In this document: positions 7,426-15,118 of the stretch, piece after piece | How positions within the stretch are numbered: the stretch's first letter is position 1 | Layout: every line of letters begins with the position of its first letter | IMG/VR virus record: IMGVR_UViG_3300020185_000031 | Location: 56,587 to 76,586 of that record | DNA: 20,000 bases | Source of the DNA: an uncultured virus (IMG/VR IMGVR_UViG_3300020185_000031) | Taxonomy: Duplodnaviria; Heunggongvirae; Uroviricota; Caudoviricetes | Strand: one strand, 5' to 3' | Program-made: the position numbers and the translations under genes | The notes under the pieces: model-generated | What the model saw: the letters and a program-made list of their open reading frames with translations, nothing else | The model's database searches: none | What the model was told of the DNA's origin: nothing

Positions 7426-9402
7426 ATGGCATTACAATCATTTGAACAATTTGCAAAAACTAACTCGACTAAAATCGCAGCTGAATTAGAATCTAATAAC
7501 ACAGTAGTAAGAGAAGAATCTGCAAGATCTTTTAGAGATCTTTTAAAAGAGTACGGAGTAACTAAAGTTTCTGAACTTGAAGAAGAAAACAGAGAAGAAT
7601 TTTTTAACAGAATTCAAGGAATTAAAGTTAACGAATCAGGAGTATACTCATTTAATGGAGCTAACATTTTAGAATCCATAGAAATTGCACCAGAATTCGA
7701 AGATTATATGGCTAATGAAGCTGTTATTATTACTGGTAAAAGAGACGCTAAAAAAGTGTTTAACCAATATGTTAAAATATTTAATGAATATTCTGCGTTC
7801 TCTAATAAAAACTCAAAGTTACACGCTTTAGGAGTATTGAAGCAAATATACTTTGATGCAATGGAAGACGCTAACTTTTCTAGAGAAGCGTACCCTACTA
7901 TGAAAAAGATTAAGGGTAATATTGGAAAGGTAGTTGTAAAGCTTGCTGAACTCAAAGGCATGGAAATTAAAATTCCAGGATCTAAAATAACATTCGCTAT
8001 CTCGCAAGTTGCTGGTAGAATATCGAACGCAGCAGGCTGGTCTGGAATTGGAATAGTCGAAGGTACTGCTCTTTATTTAGAGTCTATTGGAGAGCCTAAA
8101 ATAGCAGAAGATTTAGTAAATCTATTTCAGGCACAGTTTGAAGGAGAAGATGTAAGAGTAGATATTAGTTCTAAACTAAATGAATCTAAAAAGATTGTCG
8201 AAGGCGCTGTAAAAAGATTCGAGATGGACCTTAATGACATGATTAAAGATATTAAAAGAGGTTATGGTTGGATTGATCCAGAATTTGTAGCAGATACTTG
8301 GGAAAATACAAGTGATTCAATAGACTTTGAATTAGTTAAAGGAGAAATCTACAAAAGATTAATCGCAGCTGGTTTATTGGCGCATGCTGCTGATGATAAC
8401 GAAGAAGAGGCTGGAAAATACGTTAAAAACTTAAAAGAATTAGGAATTAAAGAATCAGTAGTTACTGAAGGTAAAGGTTTTAAAAACACCAAAGATTTTG
8501 AAGACTTCTTAGAAGAAATTGATGGCATGGGAGAGGCTCAAATCAAGAAAATCATGGGTAAAGATTATATCGATACTCCTGGATTCTATCAAGATGAAAA
8601 AGATAACTATGAAGATATTATAGATTTTATGATTTCAAACATGGGTGATTCAGAATTTGAAAAACTCCAAGACTGGTGGGAAAACAACGTTCAAGAATCA
8701 GTAGTTACTGAAGCTAAATTTGTAAAAGACTTTAACAGAGATGTTTTAAAGGCTAAAACAAAAGAAGAAGTTTTAGAGCTTTATCCAAACGCTGAATTCT
8801 TTATCGGTAAATCAGATCATTTCTTTGGAGAATTAGACGGTAACTTATTCTTTAAAGCATATTATACTAAAGCACAAAAAGAATTTGAAATTAAATCAGT
8901 TTATTCTGAAAAAGGAAGCAACTATGTTCATTTATACAATGAATCAATAGTTACTGAAGCTGAAATTGAAGAAGGTAACGCTTTCGGAGATGCAGTTAGA
9001 AAAGCTAAAGAAGCTGGAGATAAAGAATTTGATTTTGACGGAAAAACTTATAAGGTAACTGAAAGTACAATGTTATCTAGCGAATGGATCGTCGGAGAAA
9101 CTTACCCAGAATATGGCACTGTAATATCAATCACAAACAATGGAGGAGTTCAAGAGATAAGATTTGAATCCGGTGAAGTTATTAAATATGGATTTGGAGT
9201 AAAGGTTGAAGAATCAATTGTTAATGAAGCAGAAGTTACTTCTGATGAAGACTTTAAAGAATATGCGACTAATGTTTTACAAAAGGCATTTGGAAAAGAT
9301 TTTGACGAAGCAAAGGCAAATGAAGTTATTGATGGTATTTTAGGTAAAGTTGATGGAGACTATGGAGCTGCTGTTGGAATGCTAACAAGTTCATTAGGAT
9401 AA
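7426..9402 (+). CDS. Modular putative head-internal polyprotein with repeated prohead-protease-like sites
   Basis: Leader MALQSFEQF. Recurring VNES, ILES, LNES, IVEG, ESVVTEG, ESVVTEA, ESIVTEA, IEEG, VTES and ESIVNEA punctuate unrelated segments. Confidence 0.65.
   Translation: MALQSFEQFAKTNSTKIAAELESNNTVVREESARSFRDLLKEYGVTKVSELEEENREEFFNRIQGIKVNESGVYSFNGANILESIEIAPEFEDYMANEAVIITGKRDAKKVFNQYVKIFNEYSAFSNKNSKLHALGVLKQIYFDAMEDANFSREAYPTMKKIKGNIGKVVVKLAELKGMEIKIPGSKITFAISQVAGRISNAAGWSGIGIVEGTALYLESIGEPKIAEDLVNLFQAQFEGEDVRVDISSKLNESKKIVEGAVKRFEMDLNDMIKDIKRGYGWIDPEFVADTWENTSDSIDFELVKGEIYKRLIAAGLLAHAADDNEEEAGKYVKNLKELGIKESVVTEGKGFKNTKDFEDFLEEIDGMGEAQIKKIMGKDYIDTPGFYQDEKDNYEDIIDFMISNMGDSEFEKLQDWWENNVQESVVTEAKFVKDFNRDVLKAKTKEEVLELYPNAEFFIGKSDHFFGELDGNLFFKAYYTKAQKEFEIKSVYSEKGSNYVHLYNESIVTEAEIEEGNAFGDAVRKAKEAGDKEFDFDGKTYKVTESTMLSSEWIVGETYPEYGTVISITNNGGVQEIRFESGEVIKYGFGVKVEESIVNEAEVTSDEDFKEYATNVLQKAFGKDFDEAKANEVIDGILGKVDGDYGAAVGMLTSSLG
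8450..9230 (+). repeat. Four interspersed ~20-nt direct repeats encoding ES(V/I)V(T/N)E
   Basis: AAGAATCAGTAGTTACTGAAG is identical at 8450-8470 and 8693-8713. Variants: GAATCAATAGTTACTGAAGC at 8941-8960 and GAATCAATTGTTAATGAAGC at 9211-9230. Periods are 243, 246 and 270 nt. Confidence 0.9.
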
Positions 9403-9429
9403 TCATACTATAAATAAAAACTAAATAAA

Positions 9430-10716
9430 ATGAACAAATTATTATCATACGGAGAATTCTTAGTAGAGAGATCTAACGGAAATATTTATGAATCTAAACT
9501 AATCTTAGAAGGTGGAGCAGCAGGACATATGTCACATCCATTTGATGAAAAGAGTTTAACGTTTGGTGACTTTAAAAAGATCGTTGAGTTTGGCTTAAGA
9601 GGCGAACTTAACTTTGAAGAAGAGGCTACTGAAAAAACAGACGGACAAAACTTATTTGCAACCGTAATGGATGGAGAGGTTAAATTTGCCAGAGGTATTA
9701 ATGATATGAGGAATCCAATGACTCTCCAACAATTCAAAGATAAATTTAAAGACCATGGAAGTACATTAGTAAGAGATACTTTTCAATTCGCAGCAGAAGA
9801 TTTAGCAAATTCATTAAATAAGCTACCAGCAAAAGACTTAGAGGTTTTTAATAATGGTAAGAGTTTTATGAATATGGAGCTAATCTACTCGAAGAACCCA
9901 AATGTAATCTATTACGACAGGGATATTATTCAGTTTCACGGTATTAAACATACTGATGGTGAAGGTAATGAAATAGGAGAGGAAACAAAATACGCTGCAT
10001 CAATTGCAAAGGCTCTTAAAGACCTTAAGCTTGATATGGGTAAAACATTTTCAATAATTCCCCCACAAATCATTAAACTTGGTAAGGACATTGATTTTGA
10101 GGCTAATAAAGCAAAATTCATTAAGAAAGTTGAAGACCTAAGAACTCGTTATAATTTAACAGATGCTGACGAGGTTTCAAGATACCATGAAATGTGGTGG
10201 AGAGAAACTATTGATAAGAACTTTCCGGATTTAACACAAGATTATAAAGAAGGTTTATTATTAAGATGGGCATATGATGACAAGAAAACTCTTAATATAA
10301 GAAGTCTTGATAAAGAACTTGGAAAGGATCAATCTGCATTGATTAAGAAATTTGATAAAGAAAACGTTAAGAAGAAGCAAAAAGAAAACATTAGACCATT
10401 TGAAGATTTATTCTTAGAACTAGGTAGTGTTATCTTAATGAATGCTAGTAACTTTGTTGCTGCAAACCCAGATGCTGAAATGCAAAGGTTACATAATCAA
10501 ATTAGAACTGAGGCCGAGGCTATTAAAAAAGGAGGAAGTATTGACCAAATAGAAAAGGTTGAATCTGAACTTAAAAGACTAGATAGAATAGGTGGAATAG
10601 AATCAATTATCCCAACTGAAGGGCTTGTGTTCGTATATAATGGTAAGACATTTAAACTAACAGGTACATTTGCTGCTATAAACCAGCTTATGGGTATAAT
10701 AAAATACGGACGGTAA
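9430..10716 (+). CDS. RNA-ligase-fold (KxDG covalent nucleotidyltransferase) protein with capsid-targeting-like leader
   Basis: Motif I TEKTDGQN, III MELI, IIIa IQFHGI, IV EGLVF, V FKLTG. Leader MNKLLSYGEFLVE...IYE...ILE precedes GGAAGHMSHPFD. Confidence 0.7.
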   Translation: MNKLLSYGEFLVERSNGNIYESKLILEGGAAGHMSHPFDEKSLTFGDFKKIVEFGLRGELNFEEEATEKTDGQNLFATVMDGEVKFARGINDMRNPMTLQQFKDKFKDHGSTLVRDTFQFAAEDLANSLNKLPAKDLEVFNNGKSFMNMELIYSKNPNVIYYDRDIIQFHGIKHTDGEGNEIGEETKYAASIAKALKDLKLDMGKTFSIIPPQIIKLGKDIDFEANKAKFIKKVEDLRTRYNLTDADEVSRYHEMWWRETIDKNFPDLTQDYKEGLLLRWAYDDKKTLNIRSLDKELGKDQSALIKKFDKENVKKKQKENIRPFEDLFLELGSVILMNASNFVAANPDAEMQRLHNQIRTEAEAIKKGGSIDQIEKVESELKRLDRIGGIESIIPTEGLVFVYNGKTFKLTGTFAAINQLMGIIKYGR

Positions 10717-10730
10717 CTAAATAATATAAC

Positions 10731-12572
10731 ATGGCATTACAGAATTTAAGAACTTACTTTAGTGAATCGAGCATAAATGATTTTCAGCAAATGCTAGAAC
10801 ATTCATGCGTTGTAACTGAAAAATTACAAGCATCAAATTTTCATGTACAAAAAACAAACAGTGGATTTAATCATTACAAAAGTGGTGGTAAGAATCCAAT
10901 GAATCTTGTTGATAGAACAATCGTGAGGTACTATGAGAATGCAATCTCTCACTTTAATGCGCTAGAAGATGCTGGTAAAAAAGAAATGCCATTAGATTGG
11001 AAATTTGGATTTGACTATATGATTGATTCAAAAACGGTTAACATTAAATACGATAGAATACCAAAGAACAATTTAATGTTAACACATATCCAGATTCTTA
11101 ACCCAGTTGATGAAACATTAATTAAAAAAGTAATTAGAGATCCAAAAATTCTAAACAAATGGGCAGATATATTAGAAGTACAAAGGCCACAGGTTCTACA
11201 TCAAGGTAAGTTAACCGACCTTCAAAAAGAAGAACTCACTAAACTAATGTCAGTTTCAGAGTCTGAGTATTCTGAAAACTTTAAAGACATTTCGTTTTCT
11301 AGAAAAATGTACAGTATTTTTAATTCTTCTTTAAATTCTACAGCACTTAACGACGATTTAGATAGTACTATAGATTCTTTAGTAATTAATTTCTTTAATG
11401 GAAAAAGCGTTAAGAATTTTAAAATTTGTGAAGCTGAATCTCCAAGAGAGAATAGAAAGCCATCTGACATGTACCAAATAGCACTACTACAAATTGTTGA
11501 ATTCTTTTCAGCATTCGATATTGAAAAAATAGAGTTAGTAGAAAAGAAAGCTGACCTTAGGTACATTGAATTAACTTCACAATTATTTAATGCATATATA
11601 GATAAGAACGCATCAAAATACATTGGAGTTAAATTTGAATCAGCGGGTTTTGCAGATTCTCCAGAATTTTCACTAAACACTGCGTTTATTAAAAATGAAA
11701 AAACAATAGAACTAGTTTCAAACCCTATACTTTCTGAGCTTTACAAAATAGCACTGAGTTCTTTTAATAAGAAAAGAATTAAAGAAACTGATATTATTAA
11801 CGCAGATCTACTACAGCAAATCAATGAGATAGTTAAAAAAATAGAAGCGGTTGTAATGTTACAAAACAATGAAGATTTATCAATGATGAATTTTAAAACA
11901 TTCTTAAACCACGAAAATCTAAAGCATCAAGTAAGCCCAATTACTGAGGCATTAACTGTAAAATATCCAGAACAGGGTAAAAAACCAGTAAACATGTTTG
12001 TTGGCAGATTCCAGCCGTTTACGATGGGACATGCTAAAGTTGTTGAAACAATTAATAAACAAAATGGATATCCAGTAGTAATCTTTTTAGTTAAGGCAAA
12101 GAATAAGAAAAAAGAAGATGCTTTTAAGAGACCATATGACGAAGATACTCAAGTTAAAATGTTAAAGCAACTTAAAAAGAAATACCCAATAGAGAAGGTA
12201 TATGTTATAGACAGAGGTGCTATAGATTTAATGTTTAATACAATGAGAGCAGATGGATATGAGCCGGTGTTATGGGGTACAGGATCTGATAGAATTAAAA
12301 CATATTCATATCAGGTAGATAAGCCAGAATACAGAGAAGATTTAGGAGTTAGGACTGATTTTGGCCTTTTTGAAATTCCAAGAAATAATGATAATATATC
12401 AGCAACTCAAGTTAGAAATGCATTATTAGATGATGATGAAAAACTATTTAAAAAATTAACTCCTAAACAAATACACTCAATGTATAGTGAACTAAAATTA
12501 AAATTAGAAACATCTATGTCTACTAATGAGAGTACACTACAAACGTTTAATCAATTTTTAAAGAATATATAA
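10731..12572 (+). CDS. Fusion: degenerate ligase-fold N-terminus plus HIGH-family (cytidylyltransferase/NMNAT-like) nucleotidyltransferase
   Basis: C-terminal domain has FVGRFQPFTMGH, PY/GSDR segments and ISATQVR. N-terminal VTEKLQASN, IDSLVI and NFKI resemble decayed ligase motifs I, IV and V. Confidence 0.75.
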   Translation: MALQNLRTYFSESSINDFQQMLEHSCVVTEKLQASNFHVQKTNSGFNHYKSGGKNPMNLVDRTIVRYYENAISHFNALEDAGKKEMPLDWKFGFDYMIDSKTVNIKYDRIPKNNLMLTHIQILNPVDETLIKKVIRDPKILNKWADILEVQRPQVLHQGKLTDLQKEELTKLMSVSESEYSENFKDISFSRKMYSIFNSSLNSTALNDDLDSTIDSLVINFFNGKSVKNFKICEAESPRENRKPSDMYQIALLQIVEFFSAFDIEKIELVEKKADLRYIELTSQLFNAYIDKNASKYIGVKFESAGFADSPEFSLNTAFIKNEKTIELVSNPILSELYKIALSSFNKKRIKETDIINADLLQQINEIVKKIEAVVMLQNNEDLSMMNFKTFLNHENLKHQVSPITEALTVKYPEQGKKPVNMFVGRFQPFTMGHAKVVETINKQNGYPVVIFLVKAKNKKKEDAFKRPYDEDTQVKMLKQLKKKYPIEKVYVIDRGAIDLMFNTMRADGYEPVLWGTGSDRIKTYSYQVDKPEYREDLGVRTDFGLFEIPRNNDNISATQVRNALLDDDEKLFKKLTPKQIHSMYSELKLKLETSMSTNESTLQTFNQFLKNI

Positions 12573-12592
12573 AAAAACAAAAAAATAGTAAT

Positions 12593-14428
12593 ATGATAAA
12601 TTTTAAACAATTTATAACTGAAGCATCGGTTATAATGGACGCAACAGATCCAGAATCTAGAGTACTGAAAAAATTACTTAAGAAACATAAGGTTAAAATG
12701 GAAATTGTTAATAACGAAGGACCAAGTGGTTTTCCAGAAGTTGAACTAACTGGAGCTAGAAAAGATCTTGAAGCAGTATTAGCATCTGAAGACGGATGGG
12801 ACGATGCTGGTTTAAACGATTACATCGAAGAATCTAATTCTGCTAATGAATCTAAGATTGTTATCAAGAGAAGATATACTGAAAGCTATCCCGCAGTTAC
12901 TGTTGGTAAAAGCGCAAAAATTAGAAATAAAATGCTTGAGGCTATTTCTGATGGTAAAATTACACAAGAAGAGTTTAATAGTATCTTAAAAGAAATGTCA
13001 ACCGATTCTCCTAGGTGGATGCGAAGAAATAATAAATTCTTTAGTATATCTGAAGAGGGTATTTCACTTTCAAAATTTGGTAAAAAAGCACTTTCACAAA
13101 TTACAGTAAATGAAGAAGAACTCGACGAGGGTAGAGCATTCGTTGCAGCCGCTAAAAAAGCAAAAGACGAAGGTAAAAAAGAATTCGAATTTGGAGGCAA
13201 GAAATTCCCAGTACAAATAAAGGAAGAAAAGAAATCACAATTTATATATGAATCATTTAGAGACTTTGTAAACTTTTTAACTGAATCAAAAGAAGCTACA
13301 GAGGCTGAATCAATCTTAGCTGATCTTTTAGACGAAAGAGGCGGAGACATGGGAGAATTGCATGGAATGGAAATTGATGATGCACTAGACACGGTAGAAT
13401 CATACGGACATAAAGGTGCTAAAGCAAAGAAAATTGCACAAGAATTAGTTTCAATGACTAATGAATCTTTAATTAATGAGGCGTTTGCATCTGTAAAACT
13501 TGCAAGCATCTTAACTGGAGGTAACAAAATGCCTAAGGATCTTCCTAAAGCATTTTACAACATGTCTAAAATTGCACTTGATAAAGTTCAAGATGTAGAT
13601 ATTATTGAAATAGATCCTCAAGCAGCAAGAAAAGAAAAGAGACAAAACGCAGTTTATTTATACTTTACAACAAACGAAAAAGAAAATCCATACGCTGCTC
13701 GTGGTTCTTATGGCGTTAGCACTATTCCAGCAAATACTTTATTAGCAATTACAGATGGTTCTAATGAATGGATGAATATGCAATGGCAAAACAAATACAA
13801 TTCAAAAGATAGAAAAAAATCTTTACAAAAGACTAAAAGAGATGATAGTTCTGGTTTTGACAAATCAAGTTCTAATGATTCTTATGGAAGTGGTATTTCA
13901 AGTTTAACTAAAGTTGCTGAATTAGCAGATAGAGCATATTGCTTAGATTTAGATATTCTTAAAGCAAGATATTCTACAACCGCAAAAAGAGATGAAAGAG
14001 CTGACTCTAAAGCGGGCGCTATATCTTTTAAATCTGATAAAGATTTTAAGAAAGCTAACTTAGACAGATACAACACTATTATTTCAGATAGAGCCTCAAA
14101 AATGCCTTTAGATAAAATGGTTGCCGATGCTATCGATACTATAACTAAGCAAATTAAAGACGGTCTTGTTAAAGGAGAAAAAGGAAAATACGGAGATATT
14201 ATAATAGGAAGAAACAAAAAGGGTAGCGAAGCAAAACTATCAGAAGCAGCAAGGCACATGCAATATATCCTTGATGATTTCCAAAGATATGTAAGTTCTT
14301 CTAACCAAGCTAAAATAGAAAAAGATTCTGGATATTCTGGAAATTACTACGATCAAGAAATTAAAAGATATGCTAAAGATGTATCTGATAAATTAAAGCA
14401 AGTAGAAGATTTTGGATACATTTGGTAA
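12593..14428 (+). CDS. Second modular putative head-internal polyprotein
   Basis: Leader MINFKQFITE. Internal IEES, ANES, VNEE, LDEG, IYESFRDF, LTES, ATEA and TNESLINEA. Shares a ~30-aa module with ORF 7426. Confidence 0.65.
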   Translation: MINFKQFITEASVIMDATDPESRVLKKLLKKHKVKMEIVNNEGPSGFPEVELTGARKDLEAVLASEDGWDDAGLNDYIEESNSANESKIVIKRRYTESYPAVTVGKSAKIRNKMLEAISDGKITQEEFNSILKEMSTDSPRWMRRNNKFFSISEEGISLSKFGKKALSQITVNEEELDEGRAFVAAAKKAKDEGKKEFEFGGKKFPVQIKEEKKSQFIYESFRDFVNFLTESKEATEAESILADLLDERGGDMGELHGMEIDDALDTVESYGHKGAKAKKIAQELVSMTNESLINEAFASVKLASILTGGNKMPKDLPKAFYNMSKIALDKVQDVDIIEIDPQAARKEKRQNAVYLYFTTNEKENPYAARGSYGVSTIPANTLLAITDGSNEWMNMQWQNKYNSKDRKKSLQKTKRDDSSGFDKSSSNDSYGSGISSLTKVAELADRAYCLDLDILKARYSTTAKRDERADSKAGAISFKSDKDFKKANLDRYNTIISDRASKMPLDKMVADAIDTITKQIKDGLVKGEKGKYGDIIIGRNKKGSEAKLSEAARHMQYILDDFQRYVSSSNQAKIEKDSGYSGNYYDQEIKRYAKDVSDKLKQVEDFGYIW

Positions 14429-14456
14429 TAATTTAAAAAATAAAATTATAAACAAT

Positions 14457-14996
14457 ATGTCTAGCACAAAAAATGAAAAACTTTCAGAATCTGAATTAAA
14501 CGAATATGACGGTATTAGTCCTGGTTCTGGATCGCATCCAGGAAATATGGGAGGTATGGGTAAGCTTCAACTTCCATCAGGAGGAACTACAGGTTCTGGA
14601 GATGTACCATCAGGACAAGGAGACGCTAAAGAAATATTTAAAAAGAAAAAGAAAAAGAAAAAGATGAAATACGTTAGCACGTTTGAATCATTTAATTTAA
14701 GCGAATCAGCTAAACCTTCTACTGCATTAATGCAATTTGCAAAAGATGAAAATGCAGAAGAAAGGGTTTATTTAGGATATTTTTCTGGCAAATCAATGGA
14801 TGCACAATCTACTAATAAGACATGGGAAGATGGAGTACCAGTAACTAAGAACTTTACTAGAGGAGGTTATAAACAAGTATCACCTAACGGTAAAATATGG
14901 ATTATAGAAACTACACAATGGTGGTACTTTGAAACTAAGGGAACATGGTACGCTGTTAAGAGAAAGGATTACGGTACCCCGCCTTTTGAATATTAA
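14457..14996 (+). CDS. Hypothetical protein with Gly/Ser-rich N-region, K8 tract and internal capsid-targeting-like motif
   Basis: Start reassigned from TTG 14412 (inside the upstream gene) to ATG 14457 after an A-rich leader. Internal MKYVSTFESFNLSE starts at 14664; the C-terminal domain is aromatic-rich. Confidence 0.65.
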   Translation: MSSTKNEKLSESELNEYDGISPGSGSHPGNMGGMGKLQLPSGGTTGSGDVPSGQGDAKEIFKKKKKKKKMKYVSTFESFNLSESAKPSTALMQFAKDENAEERVYLGYFSGKSMDAQSTNKTWEDGVPVTKNFTRGGYKQVSPNGKIWIIETTQWWYFETKGTWYAVKRKDYGTPPFEY

Positions 14997-15024
14997 AATA
15001 ATTTGAGTATCATCGAATTAAAAT

Positions 15025-15052
15025 AAAGCCTAGAGAAATCTAGGCTTTTTTT
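15025..15052 (+). terminator. Rho-independent terminator closing the accessory block
   Basis: AAAGCCTAGA-GAAA-TCTAGGCTTT hairpin followed by a T run. Confidence 0.9.
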
Positions 15053-15074
15053 ATGTAATCTAGCAAATATGTTA

Positions 15075-15101
15075 GAAACAATACAACTTTAGCTAATATA
15101 A
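15075..15101 (+). promoter_or_regulatory. Putative phage early/middle promoter (GAAACA-N15-ATATAA) for DNA polymerase
   Basis: Located between the terminator and the polymerase ATG (17 nt upstream); same motif and spacing as at 3010 and 3166. Confidence 0.7.
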
Positions 15102-15118
15102 CTTCTAAAATAATTAGA

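Noticed and set aside
8450..9230. CRISPR array interpretation of the interspersed repeats
   Set aside because: Spacers are over 220 nt, the repeats are in-frame coding and non-palindromic, and no cas genes are present.
14412..14456. TTG start given by the ORF track
   Set aside because: Overlaps the upstream gene and translates an A/T-rich intergenic leader; ATG 14457 is more plausible.
14637..14663. Programmed -1 frameshift at the A-rich K8 tract
   Set aside because: The in-frame heptamers are T_AAA_AAG and G_AAA_AAG rather than A_AAA_AAG, no stimulatory structure is evident, and the zero frame continues sensibly.
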